A DNA stretch of 35,713 nucleotides, from positions 1 through 35,713 of the forward strand of contig JBLIRP010000035.1 of assembly GCA_049472355.1 (NCBI GenBank). Direction: 5' to 3'. Below are positions 23,941 through 34,700 of this stretch, in pieces; the stretch's first letter is position 1, and every line of letters starts with the position of its first letter. The translations under genes were made by a program, and so were the position numbers. This stretch comes from a bacterium (GTDB taxonomy: Bacteria > SZUA-182 > DTGQ01 > JAFGSM01). Below the pieces are notes generated by a model. That model worked only from the letters and a program-made list of their open reading frames with translations. It was not told the origin of the DNA and did no database searches.

Positions 23941-25812
23941 CTACCAGTCCTTTTCCGGTGCATGCGTTCCCATGCCGGGGACGGGTTGCTTGTCCGAGGG
24001 TGTGCCCCGTTCCTCATCAATCGATTGGAGCAACCTTTCCGCCTCCTTGGGATCGATCCGCATGCCGAAGGCAGGCCTTCCCTGTTCCCCGGTCTCCTCG
24101 CCCGGCGGTCGGGCCTCACCCTGCTGAAGGCCTGCCGGTCCATTCGGGTCCTGATGGGCCTGGGCCGCATGCCGGTCCCCAGCCCCTGATTCCTTTTTTT
24201 CCTTCCCCTCCGGGGTGCCCTTGTCGCGATCACCCTGTTCGGGTTTTCCCTTTCCGGAATCCTCGGGCCTTCCCTGTTCCCCGGCGCCCTTTGTATCCTC
24301 GCCTTTATCCTCGCCCTCTTCGTCCTTCTCCTGTCTTTCCTGTGCCTGTTGCTTGCGCCGTTGCATCTCCTTTTGGACGAATTCCATGTTATAGTGGGCA
24401 TCACCATCATTGGGATCGAGTTCGATGGCCTTCCGGTACCAGGCCAGCGCATCCTCCATTTTGCCCATGCGAAAGGCGCAGTTTCCCAGATTATAGTACG
24501 CCCTTTCCCGCAGGTCGATGTCCGTGGTTCGAGCGGCTGCCGCCTCGTAATTTCTGGCCGCCTCCTCGTACTGATTCATCCGGTAGTAGGTGGCCCCGAT
24601 ATTGTAGTGGAGCACCGGATCGTCCGGGGAATCGATCTGGGCCTCCAGGTATGCGGAAAGCGCCTTATCGTATTGCCCGGCGGCAAAGAAACGCTCCGCC
24701 TCCTTCGGTTTTGACAGGGGAAGAATGCCTGCACTCAGGGAAGAGACCCACGGCGGGAGGAGCAGAAGGAATGCGCACAGGCATGCAATACGCGCGGCAT
24801 TGCTCACCCTTTTTCGTTCCCTTCGGTATTCGGGCAGCAACTGCTCGATCACCAGGACAATGAGGGCAAGGAGCAAAAACCACTGGAACCGTTCCTCCCA
24901 TACCCTTTTCTTGGTGCTGGCGAGCTCGGTCTGATCCATCATGCGCACCCCTTCCAGGTAGATCTTTTCCAGGTCCAGGTCCCCGGTGACCGAGCGGACA
25001 TATCGCCCCCCGGTCTCCAGGGCGATTCCCTGGAGTGTGCCCTCGTCGAGCGTGCTGAGGATGAGATTGCCCTGCCGGTCCTTTTTGAATCCGGAACCAT
25101 CGGCATTCGGTATGGGGGCGCCTCCCTCCCGTCCGATGCCGATCGGAAAGATCTTGATCCCCCGCTTCTTTGCCTCGGCGGCCGCTGCCAGCGGATCGCC
25201 CTCGTGGTCCTCGCCGTCGGTGATGAGTATGATCGCCTGCGATCCCTTCCGGGTCCGGTCGAAGGAGGCGATGCACTCCCTGATGGCATGCCCGATGGCG
25301 GTCCCCTGGACCGGGATGAGGTCCGTATCGATGTAGTCCAGAAACATTCCGAATGCATTGTAGTCGAGGGTCAGAGGGCACTGGACAAAGCTCGTCCCGG
25401 CAAAGGCGATCAGCCCTATCCGGTCACCTGCCAGCATTCCGAGCAGGTCCCTGATTTCCCGCTTTGCCCGCTCCAGCCTGTTCGGTTTGACGTCCGTGGC
25501 CAGCATGCTCTGAGAGCAATCCACCACCACCATGAGATCCACCCCGTGCCGCCGGACCTCCTCCCAATGAAATCCCCATCGCGGTCTCATCACGGCAAGG
25601 ATGATACAGGCAATGCCCGCGAGGATCAACAGCGCCTTGAACCATTGCCGTGCCCGCCTGCGTCGGGGCATGATGTGCCCGGCGAGATGCCTTGTGCAGA
25701 AAAGCTCGATGAGACGCGCCTTCCGTGTGAAGGCATAGAGGTAGAAGAGGCTCATGATCGGGATGAGCCAGAAGAGGGATATCACCCACACGGATACGTT
25801 CGCAAACCTCAT
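23941..25812 (-). CDS. BatB-BatC fusion: vWA domain, TPR repeats, charged linker and KDW terminus
   Basis: RPRWG, MIDAS DCSQS, PNRLERAK, ITDGEDH; then TPRs (LHYNIGATYYRMNQYEEA, AYYNLGNCAFRMGK) and the C-terminal EKDW typical of BatC. Confidence 0.88.
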   Translation of the reverse strand: MRFANVSVWVISLFWLIPIMSLFYLYAFTRKARLIELFCTRHLAGHIMPRRRRARQWFKALLILAGIACIILAVMRPRWGFHWEEVRRHGVDLMVVVDCSQSMLATDVKPNRLERAKREIRDLLGMLAGDRIGLIAFAGTSFVQCPLTLDYNAFGMFLDYIDTDLIPVQGTAIGHAIRECIASFDRTRKGSQAIILITDGEDHEGDPLAAAAEAKKRGIKIFPIGIGREGGAPIPNADGSGFKKDRQGNLILSTLDEGTLQGIALETGGRYVRSVTGDLDLEKIYLEGVRMMDQTELASTKKRVWEERFQWFLLLALIVLVIEQLLPEYRRERKRVSNAARIACLCAFLLLLPPWVSSLSAGILPLSKPKEAERFFAAGQYDKALSAYLEAQIDSPDDPVLHYNIGATYYRMNQYEEAARNYEAAAARTTDIDLRERAYYNLGNCAFRMGKMEDALAWYRKAIELDPNDGDAHYNMEFVQKEMQRRKQQAQERQEKDEEGEDKGEDTKGAGEQGRPEDSGKGKPEQGDRDKGTPEGKEKKESGAGDRHAAQAHQDPNGPAGLQQGEARPPGEETGEQGRPAFGMRIDPKEAERLLQSIDEERGTPSDKQPVPGMGTHAPEKDW

Positions 25813-25879
25813 GATCGTTCTATCCTCATGTCCCTTGTGTGATTCATATCACATGCCTCGCATGCAATGCCTCATGCCG

Positions 25880-26896
25880 TCACGGTATCTTCCCGAACCT
25901 GGTCTGCGAGAGTACGACCTCTATCACCAGGATGAGGAGCGCAGGGATCAGAAACCACCAGAACAGCTCGTTGTACTCCATGTATTCCTTGACCTTTACC
26001 TCGGTCTTCTCGAGCCGATCGATCTGGTCGTAGACCTGTTCAAGGGCCTCGGCATCCTGCGCCCTGAAGTAGCGCCCCTCGGTGATCCGGGCGATCTCCT
26101 TCAGGGTATCCTCGTCGAGGTCAACCCGCTGGTACACATACTGTTTGCCAAAGAGGGGGTGGTCCACCAGGAAGGGGGCCTCACCCTCGGTGCCCGCCCC
26201 GATGGTATAGATCCGCACCCCGAATTCCTGCGCGACCATTGCCGCTGTCCGGGGATCGATCCTTCCTGCATTGTTTCTGCCGTCGGTCAGGAGGATCATC
26301 ACCCGGGATTTCGCCTTTTCCAATGCCTTGAGCCGCTTTACCCCGATGGCGACGGCATCCCCTATGGCGGTTTTGTCCTCCCCTGCCATGCCGATGGTCA
26401 CCCGGTCGAGAAAGCCGAGGAGCACGCCGTAGTCCAGGGTGAGGGGACACTGGGTAAACGCCTGCTCGCCGAAGACCACCATACCGATCCGGTCGCTCCC
26501 CCGGGCCTGGATGAATCCCCGCACCACCTCCTTGACCGCGGTCAACCGGTCGACCCGTGTGCCTTCCATGCTGAAATCGAGCGCCCTCATGCTTCCGGAG
26601 GTGTCGATGCACAGGAGGATATCGATCCCTTCACTCGTATATTCGGTCTGTTTGTTCCCCAGTTGGGGGCGTGCCATGGCGACGATGATCAACGCCAGGC
26701 ACAGGCACCGCAGGCCGATCAGGCCGTGGCGGAGGTAGAGGGACCGGGAGGTTCTGAGTTGCATGAGGGAGCGTATGGAGGAGAAGCGGACCCGTGCATG
26801 GCCGAATCCCTTGATGTATGCATAGATCAGCATGGGTATGACGCACAGGAGGAGGAGCACCCACGGGTCCTGGAATCGTAACAGGCGATGCATCAT
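25880..26896 (-). CDS. batA: BatA family vWA-domain protein
   Basis: RFQDPWVLLLL, MARPQ, MIDAS DTSGSM, DRIGMVVF, TAIGDA and ILLTDGRNNAG. Confidence 0.92.
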   Translation of the reverse strand: MMHRLLRFQDPWVLLLLCVIPMLIYAYIKGFGHARVRFSSIRSLMQLRTSRSLYLRHGLIGLRCLCLALIIVAMARPQLGNKQTEYTSEGIDILLCIDTSGSMRALDFSMEGTRVDRLTAVKEVVRGFIQARGSDRIGMVVFGEQAFTQCPLTLDYGVLLGFLDRVTIGMAGEDKTAIGDAVAIGVKRLKALEKAKSRVMILLTDGRNNAGRIDPRTAAMVAQEFGVRIYTIGAGTEGEAPFLVDHPLFGKQYVYQRVDLDEDTLKEIARITEGRYFRAQDAEALEQVYDQIDRLEKTEVKVKEYMEYNELFWWFLIPALLILVIEVVLSQTRFGKIP

Positions 26897-27918
26897 GCAC
26901 TCCCCCCGACCGGCTCCTGTTTCACGGCTGTTTCCAGGATGAACCTGCGGGTCTCTTCCCAGTCCTCGAGTGCCTTTTCCTTGTCGGGTGTATGCTGGGC
27001 AAACTTCACCAGGTCCTCACCCGAGGAGAGGACCCGGACGGTGTCCTTCTGCGGCCTGGTCAAGTCCATTGCCTCGATCCGGGGGATCAGCTCCTCGGTG
27101 GTGCTTTCCTGCGCAGGGAGTCCGAACCGCTTCTCCATGTATCCCCTGAGTATCCCGGAGAGCTCGAAGTAGAAGGAACGGTAGTCGTTCCGGTCAAGAT
27201 GGTGCGATGCCTTGAGCCTTTCCAACTCCCGGAGCGCCACCTCATCGGGGCAGGGCGGGAGAACGGTCTCCTTTTTATGTCGTGAGCGCAGAAATCGACC
27301 CAACACGATCCCCCCGATGATGAGCGCACACACTGCAAGCCCTGTCAGGATGTACAGGAGCACGAGGGAGGTTCCCATGGGCTCGGGCGGTTTTATGTCG
27401 CGAATATCGGCGGACTCACTCTCGGATGCGGCGCCTGCAACCGCCTCGACAAAGATCCGGGATGCCCGGACCTCTTTACCGCCTCCGTTCGGGTCCTGAT
27501 AGGCAACCACCGCAGGAGGGATGACGTAGGAGCCGGCAGCGTCCGCCTGAAGCGTGTACCACTTTTCCCACACCCGTTTCCCATCCTCCTCCAACGGCCC
27601 TTCAGCCCCCATGTCAATGATCCTGAGGCCGGTGATTTTTACGCCCATATCCGGAATGCGCGGGGTGATGCCGGCTGTCGCCCTCACGGTCAACGTATAG
27701 GTGACACTCTCCCCCACGGTGATGGTGGAGCGGTCGACTCCGGATTCCACCTCCACAGGCTGAAGCTGCACGGTCAACGGCCTTTTGTTACCTTTCTCCG
27801 CCGTGCCGCAGCCAAGTAAAACAAGGGCGCACCCAAGAAGAAGGAAAATGAGGCAGGCCTTCACCGCAAAGGCCATGGCGGCGTTGGGGATGGCATATCT
27901 TTTACCAAAGGATTTCAT
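26893..27918 (-). CDS. Bat-operon membrane protein (BatD-like Ig domain, IRDIK motif, TM), possibly a lipoprotein
   Basis: Signal ending in LVLLG|C (lipobox-like); VDRSTITVGESVTYTL; DIRDIKPP-TM; ALRELERL...ILRGYME.RF...A.ESTTEEL...DLVKFA. Confidence 0.8.
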   Translation of the reverse strand: MKSFGKRYAIPNAAMAFAVKACLIFLLLGCALVLLGCGTAEKGNKRPLTVQLQPVEVESGVDRSTITVGESVTYTLTVRATAGITPRIPDMGVKITGLRIIDMGAEGPLEEDGKRVWEKWYTLQADAAGSYVIPPAVVAYQDPNGGGKEVRASRIFVEAVAGAASESESADIRDIKPPEPMGTSLVLLYILTGLAVCALIIGGIVLGRFLRSRHKKETVLPPCPDEVALRELERLKASHHLDRNDYRSFYFELSGILRGYMEKRFGLPAQESTTEELIPRIEAMDLTRPQKDTVRVLSSGEDLVKFAQHTPDKEKALEDWEETRRFILETAVKQEPVGGSA

Positions 27919-27925
27919 GCTCGTA

Positions 27926-28810
27926 TTACCGTCTCTTTTCCCGCACACGGAAAAGCTTGAGTATGGGATTGATATAGAAGTCGTCCGATTCGCCGATCAT
28001 AATATCAACGTGGTCGATTCCCATGGAGCGGAAGAGGGTCCTTCTTGCCTGCGCCTCCCTTTCCCCCAGCGCCCGGAACCCGGAGCGTATATGCGGGTCA
28101 TGGGTGTCGATGAGGATGGTTTCCCCGGTCTCTGCGTCCTCCATCTCGATGAAGCCGATCTTGGGAAGGTCGATCTCCCGCGGATCGGTGACGGCAATGG
28201 TGATGAGGTCGTGCCGTTTTGCCGCAAGGCGCAGGGGCCGCTCGTACCCCTCCGCCTGAAAGTCCGAGATCAGGAAGCAGATGGCACGCCGCCGGGTCAC
28301 CTTCGATATGAATTCCAGTGCCCGGCCGATGTCCGTGCGCCCCCTTTGAGGCCGGTGCTGCAAGACCTCCCGGATGACCATCCATACATGGCCGCGTCCC
28401 TTTTTGGGGGGGATATACCGTTCGACTGTATCGCTGAAGATGACGAGGCCCACCTTGTCATTGTTCTTGACCGCCGTATAGGCCAGCAGTGCCGCGATCT
28501 CGGCGCACACCTCCGTTTTCAGGGACTTGACCGTACCGAACTGGCCCGAGGCGCTCACATCCACCATGAGCAGGATGGTGAGCTCGCGCTCCTCATGGTA
28601 GAGCTTTACAAAGGGATGACCCATGCGCGCGGTGACGTTCCAATCGATGTCCCGGATATCGTCGCCCGGCTGGTACTCGCGGACCTCCTCGAACTCCATA
28701 CCCCTGCCCCGAAAGGCGCTCTCGTACTCCCCCGCCATGACATCGGTGACCAAATGGCTCGTATGGATGTGAATCCGGCCAATTCGCTTAAGCAGAGCAG
28801 GATCGAGCAC
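27926..28810 (-). CDS. DUF58 domain protein (MoxR-associated vWA-like)
   Basis: SAFRGRGMEFEEVREYQPGDDIRDIDWNVTAR, EEREL, DVSAS and ISDF. Confidence 0.93.
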   Translation of the reverse strand: MLDPALLKRIGRIHIHTSHLVTDVMAGEYESAFRGRGMEFEEVREYQPGDDIRDIDWNVTARMGHPFVKLYHEERELTILLMVDVSASGQFGTVKSLKTEVCAEIAALLAYTAVKNNDKVGLVIFSDTVERYIPPKKGRGHVWMVIREVLQHRPQRGRTDIGRALEFISKVTRRRAICFLISDFQAEGYERPLRLAAKRHDLITIAVTDPREIDLPKIGFIEMEDAETGETILIDTHDPHIRSGFRALGEREAQARRTLFRSMGIDHVDIMIGESDDFYINPILKLFRVREKRR

Positions 28811-28812
28811 GG

Positions 28813-29811
<999 letters not shown>

Positions 29812-30159
29812 TTGATCCTTATATGAGAGTCTTCACCTTGTTATTTGTTTCTATGAACCTTCATCCTGCGTTGTGATCGAATGATCATGGTGATCGGAAG
29901 GGAATTGCAGCAGGCCTCATAAGCGGCCCATCCATGATCCTGTATACTATTCGTCATATCTCGTTCTGATTCTTGCATAAGAGGATGGTCCCGGAAAGGG
30001 ACGCAGGGGAATAACGGGGTGACAATGTTCCCCGCGCAGGGGACGCCAATCCCTTGCGCTGCCGCACAAACGGCGACGGTATCCGGTTGTCACCATCGAT
30101 GAGACGGGAGAGACGGCGCAATGCATTTAATTTCAACCCTCTCGGATTTGCGAATATTT

Positions 30160-30188
30160 ACTATAGCCAATCTGCAAAATTTTTTCAA
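30160..30188 (-). promoter_or_regulatory. putative sigma70 promoter of the moxR-bat operon
   Basis: Minus strand TTGAAA (30188-30183), 17-bp spacer, TATAGT (30165-30160). Confidence 0.5.
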
Positions 30189-30391
30189 GACCGGCAATGC
30201 CGCCGGCAATGCTGCGTGATTGGGTATGGACATGCACATCCCCGCATTGTTGTGGCCGGTGGACTCGATCAGGTTCGCCTTCTCGACCATTCCATCCTCA
30301 TCATTGCCCGCATCCCCCACCGATATGTTTCGATTGCCCTCGTTCTCTCCGGGAAACAGGAGGAGAGGAGGAATCCTGTGGCATGTTGAAA

Positions 30392-30420
30392 TTGACAAAT
30401 AAATAGAGAAGTGCTATAAA
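30392..30420 (+). promoter_or_regulatory. putative sigma70 promoter (extended -10) for the cyclophilin-like/ferredoxin genes
   Basis: TTGACA (30392-30397), 17-bp spacer ending in TGC, TATAAA (30415-30420). Confidence 0.65.
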
Positions 30421-30629
30421 AGGAAAAATTTCAATTAACTTGTATGTATTTATTTTTAAAGAGTTATTTAAAACAGATGGGTACGTCGTCAGCAGGATGA
30501 TGACGATGCGTTTGCCTGAATTCGATGAAGGCGGAAAATTTATTAATCAGAGGTGAAGGGATTATTCATTAAAGGTGTGGATTTTATTCATTAAATGCAA
30601 GGGTGTTTCATTAATCTGAGGTTGGGGGT

Positions 30630-31025
30630 ATGAGCAATAGGATCCTTTTTCAATTCGGTTCTCTGTCGATAGAGGCCGCACTGAATGACAGCCCCACTGC
30701 AAAGGCGATATGGGAAAGGCTTCCCATCGAATCGGTGGTGAATCTCTGGGGTAATGAGATCTATTTCGAGACACCGGTGGTCGCAAGTCTCGAGCAAAGC
30801 GCCACAACGGATATTGCGAAGGGGCTCGTGTGCTATTGGCCGAGGGGAAGGGCCATATGCATCTTCTTCGGGCCTACTCCGCTCAGCAAGGGGGAGGAGA
30901 TTGTCCCTGCCTCGCCGGTGAATGTCATCGGGGAGATCCTTGGGGATCCGGAGGCGCTCGGAAACGTCGAGGAAAGGGAGATCGTGAAAATCAGCAGGAT
31001 GGTGAGCAAGGAGGTAAAGCAATGA
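30630..31025 (+). CDS. cyclophilin-like fold protein (DUF369/TM1367-like)
   Basis: SPTAKAIWERLPI...WGNEIYF...GLVCYWPRGRAICIFFGPTPLS...PASPVNVIG. Confidence 0.85.
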   Translation: MSNRILFQFGSLSIEAALNDSPTAKAIWERLPIESVVNLWGNEIYFETPVVASLEQSATTDIAKGLVCYWPRGRAICIFFGPTPLSKGEEIVPASPVNVIGEILGDPEALGNVEEREIVKISRMVSKEVKQ

Positions 31026-31210
31026 TTGCCGTTATCGATGAAGATACCTGCCTTGGGTGTGGTCAGTGTGAAGATGTTTGTCCCGATATATTCAAGTTGA
31101 ACGACGATAAGGCCATCGTGCTTGTGGATGAGGTCCCGGATAATCTGAGGGATTGCTGCCGGGAGGCCGAAGAAATCTGCCCTGTTGCGGCGATAAGCAT
31201 CGAGGAGTGA
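31022..31210 (+). CDS. monocluster ferredoxin
   Basis: MIAVIDEDTCLGCGQCEDVCPDIF...CPVAAISIEE (CxxCxxC...CP). ATGA overlap with the upstream gene and an AAGGAGG RBS. Confidence 0.92.
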   Translation: MIAVIDEDTCLGCGQCEDVCPDIFKLNDDKAIVLVDEVPDNLRDCCREAEEICPVAAISIEE

Positions 31211-31219
31211 CCGCGCGGT

Positions 31220-31531
31220 TCAGCGGCTCTGTATCAGGATCTGACAGATCTCCTTGAGGAGGGGAAGTATTCTGTTGTCCTTGAGCGAGTAAAAGATCTG
31301 GTTTCCCTCCTTTCGTGAAACCAGGATGTTTTTGTCCCGCATGATTCCAAGGTGCTGAGAGATATTTGACTGAGAGCTGCCCACATAACTCTCGATTTCT
31401 CCCACACTTCTTTCCTGATTGTCCAGAAAAAGGATAATATTCAGACGCAGAGGATGAGCCATGGCCTTCAGACAGCGAGCCAGGTTCTCTGCATGCTCGT
31501 TTATCTTTCTCGTCTCTTCCATGGTTTCCAT
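31220..31531 (-). CDS. ArsR/SmtB family transcriptional regulator
   Basis: LKAMAHPLRLNII, SVGEI, SQSNISQHLGIMR..NILVSRKEGNQIFYSL. Confidence 0.92.
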   Translation of the reverse strand: METMEETRKINEHAENLARCLKAMAHPLRLNIILFLDNQERSVGEIESYVGSSQSNISQHLGIMRDKNILVSRKEGNQIFYSLKDNRILPLLKEICQILIQSR

Positions 31532-31582
31532 GGCACATTCTGTTTCGGCAAGGTATAAAAAGACCCTTAATAATAATCAAGA

Positions 31583-31611
31583 AGTATAGTATGAAAGGAG
31601 ATCGATGTCAA
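31583..31611 (-). promoter_or_regulatory. near-consensus sigma70 promoter of the ArsR gene
   Basis: Minus strand TTGACA (31611-31606), 17-bp spacer, TATACT (31588-31583). Confidence 0.7.
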
Positions 31612-31613
31612 CA

Positions 31614-31687
31614 TATTAGGAGAATTTTGTCAAGCCAAAATAGAAATGTCCTATTAGGAGAATTTTGGAGAATTTAGAGAGAATTTA
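31614..31687. repeat. direct repeats TATTAGGAGAATTTTG (two copies) plus further GAGAATTT units
   Basis: Exact 16-mer at 31614-31629 and 31652-31667; GAGAATTT recurs at 31668 and 31679. Confidence 0.8.
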
Positions 31688-31726
31688 TCTGAAGCAGCGG
31701 GTGATGCCCTGTCAGGTGCCTTCCGG

Positions 31727-34700
31727 TCACCACAATCCCAGTTGCCGGATTGCGGGCCTTTTGGAAGGAGGGGGTGAATAGACGGCCCTCTCCGAAAGTG
31801 TCTCGGGGATGTCGGTGAGGAAGGATGACGGTCCGGCGTCCGCCCTCCCGGTGCGATGTGCACACCAGGACAGGTAGAGGCAGTCCCTGGCCCGCGTCAT
31901 GCCCACGTAAAAGAGCCTTCGCTCCTCATCCAGGGGAGCGGGCCGTGTGCGATGGCGGTAGGGCAGCAGTCCCTCTTCGCAGCCGCAGACGAAGACAACG
32001 GGGAATTCCAGCCCCTTCGCCGCGTGGAGGGTCATCAGATTCACCATCTCGCTGTCCCTTCTTCCCCCGATGCCTCGCCATGAGATATCCCCCTCCCGGC
32101 ACAGGGTGACCCCTTCCAGGAATGATGCGACATCCGGGAATTCCTCCGCAAGGAGGCCGAGCCTCCGGAGGTCCCGTGCATGGGGGGAGCATTCCTCGTG
32201 CGATGCGAGCCCGGCTGTGACCTGGTTGACGAATCCCGCCGGGGATTCCCCTTCGGCCATACGATGATAGCGGGATAGGGCCTCGACTGCCTGCTCCATT
32301 CCCCTCTCCGTAAGAGTATTGATGAGGGACCGGAATGCCGATGAATCCTTTTTGACGCCTTCCTGTGCAGCGTCGCCGTCGTCCCTCGGAAGGATATCGA
32401 TGATTGCCCTCTTTTCTCGTTTATCCAGTGGGATGACCGGAAGATCGATGGCCTGGAGGAAGGAGTGTTCGTCCGAGGGATTGTGGCACCAGCGAAGAAG
32501 GGCGAGTACCTGCCTGACCAGCGGGTTTTCCAGGATGTCCTGATTGCCTGCCACGCGATAGGGGATTCCTTCTTTCACCAGGCACTCCTCAAGGACATCG
32601 GCCTGATTCCCCGTTCTGGTGAGCACGGCAAAATCGGAGAAACCATACCCTCCCTGTGTCCCGAAGGTGGCAGGGCGGGCTGACGGGCCTGTCTCCCCAT
32701 GGGCCTGGAGCATATCGATCCCTCCCATAAGGCTGCTTATCTCCTTGGCCACGGCGATGCCTTCCGCCCTTTCCGAGGGGAGCGAGAGGAGCTTGATGAG
32801 GGGTCCCTCCCCGCGAATGGACCTGAGCCTGACCGGAAGCGGCTGGGGATTGCGGCGTATGACGTGCAACGCCGATTCGATGATCGGGGCGCAGGATCGA
32901 TAGTTCTCCTCGAGCGAGTGGATTTGCACCCCGGGGAATTCCTCCTGAATGCGAAAGAACAGCCGGTTATCCGCGCCGCGGAATCCGTAGATTGCCTGGT
33001 TGGGGTCACCGATCAGAAAAAGATTTTCAGCCCCGTTCCCCGTCAGCAGGATGACGAGGGCGTATTGCACCGGGTTCACGTCCTGGAATTCGTCCACCAG
33101 GATATGGGTGTAGGATGCCCTGATCCGTGCTGCGGTCCCCTCATCATCCCTGAGAAGGCGAACGGTGTTGATGATGAGATCGTCGTAGTCAAGTGCCCCG
33201 TATCGTTTGAGGCCCGCCTGGTACTCCTCGTAGATGTCCAGGATGATCGGATCGCATCCGGTTGCACTGTTCCCGTCGCAGTCCGCAGTCTTTATAAGGG
33301 AGATGGCCCGGAGACACTCGCCGGGTTTCACGGATTTTTCGGCGTCCCTTTTTTCCAGTATCCGTCCGATCAGGGCCAGGCTGTCGTAGGTGTGAAAGAG
33401 GATGAAATGCCGGGCATTTCCAAACCGCCTCAGGAGGTGCAGGCAAAGATTGTGAAAGGTGCCGATGAACGGTCGTGCCTCAGGCGACGGGGGATGTCCC
33501 ATGAGGGCGTCGAGGCGGTCCGCCATCTCCTTTGCCGCCTTGTTGGTAAAGGTGATCGCCGCAATCCCGGCCGGGCTGACCCCCTTCTCCCTGACCAGAT
33601 GGAGGATGCGCAGGCTCAGCGTCCTGGTCTTGCCGGTGCCGGGGCCGGCGATCACCAGAACGGGGCCTGTGGGGGACTGCACGCAGGTGCGCTGGGACGC
33701 ATTCAGGAGGGAAAGGGGGGACTCCCCCTCCGATTTCTCCTCCGATCCCGGCACATCATGGGGAAGGGGAGGGGATGATGACCGCCGGCCGCGCCTGCCC
33801 GGAATGGCACCCTCCTTTCCCTCCGGTGCGTTCCGTGCGCAGTTCACGATACCCGGTTCCGTCTGCACCGCAAAAAGCCCCCTTTGGGACTCCCGTTCCC
33901 TTGGTGAGAAGACCTCGATGGTACCGTATTCCCCGTCAAAACCCGGTCGTATGGTCACCTTTCCGGAGCGCACCCGGATTATGCCCCCGGCAAGGGAAGG
34001 GCCCGCATGCCGCGTGAGCTCCTCGAAGGGGGTTTGGGTGAGGATCTCCCATTCCGGGCCAAGGTTATGGATGAGACCGAAATATGCCTGACGCACCCTC
34101 TTTGTGCCGACGCCGCATCCGAGGTAATCCGCAAGAATCTCGGGCAAGGGAATGACGCTGGAGAAGGGGGGCGCCCCCTCCGGTCGATACCCGGCCTCCC
34201 GGTCCGCAAGCTCGACGACCCTGTGCATGACCCCCAGGGTCACCTTTTTCCCGCATACCGGGCAGATCCCTCCGGCCCTGATGGTCTCTTCGGGGTCCAT
34301 CCTTACGCCGCAGCCCCGATGGCCATTGAAGTGGTACTTCCCCTCCTGGGGAAAGAATTCCACCGTGCCCAGGAACTGTCCCTCCTCCTTGTCTTCGAGT
34401 GCGGAACGGAGTGCGGGGAAGGAGAGGGGGCAGTCGAGGATGTTGGCCTCGCGTGCCAGGTTCCTGGGGGAATGGGCATCCGAGTTTGACACCAGCGTAT
34501 ACCGGTCGAGTGCGGACACACGCCAATTCATGGCCGGATCGGAGGAGAGCCCGGTTTCCAGTGCATGGATGTGGCAGGAGAGATCCTCGAAGCACTCCTC
34601 CAGGGCATCGAACCCCGAATAGGCGCCGAACAGGGAAAAATGCGGGGTCCAGACATGGGCGGGGATGAAGATGCCGTGCGGGCATTTCTCGAGCATGATC

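Noticed and set aside
23937..24452. 172-aa N-terminal extension of batD, suggesting an overlapping gene or frameshift
   Set aside because: It is an alternate-frame read of the low-complexity BatC linker; a signal peptide starts at ATG 23936.
29988..30010. Resemblance to the c-di-GMP-I riboswitch (GAAA loop followed by GGGACGCA)
   Set aside because: The upstream GGCAAAC and downstream AAAGC and tetraloop-receptor elements are missing.
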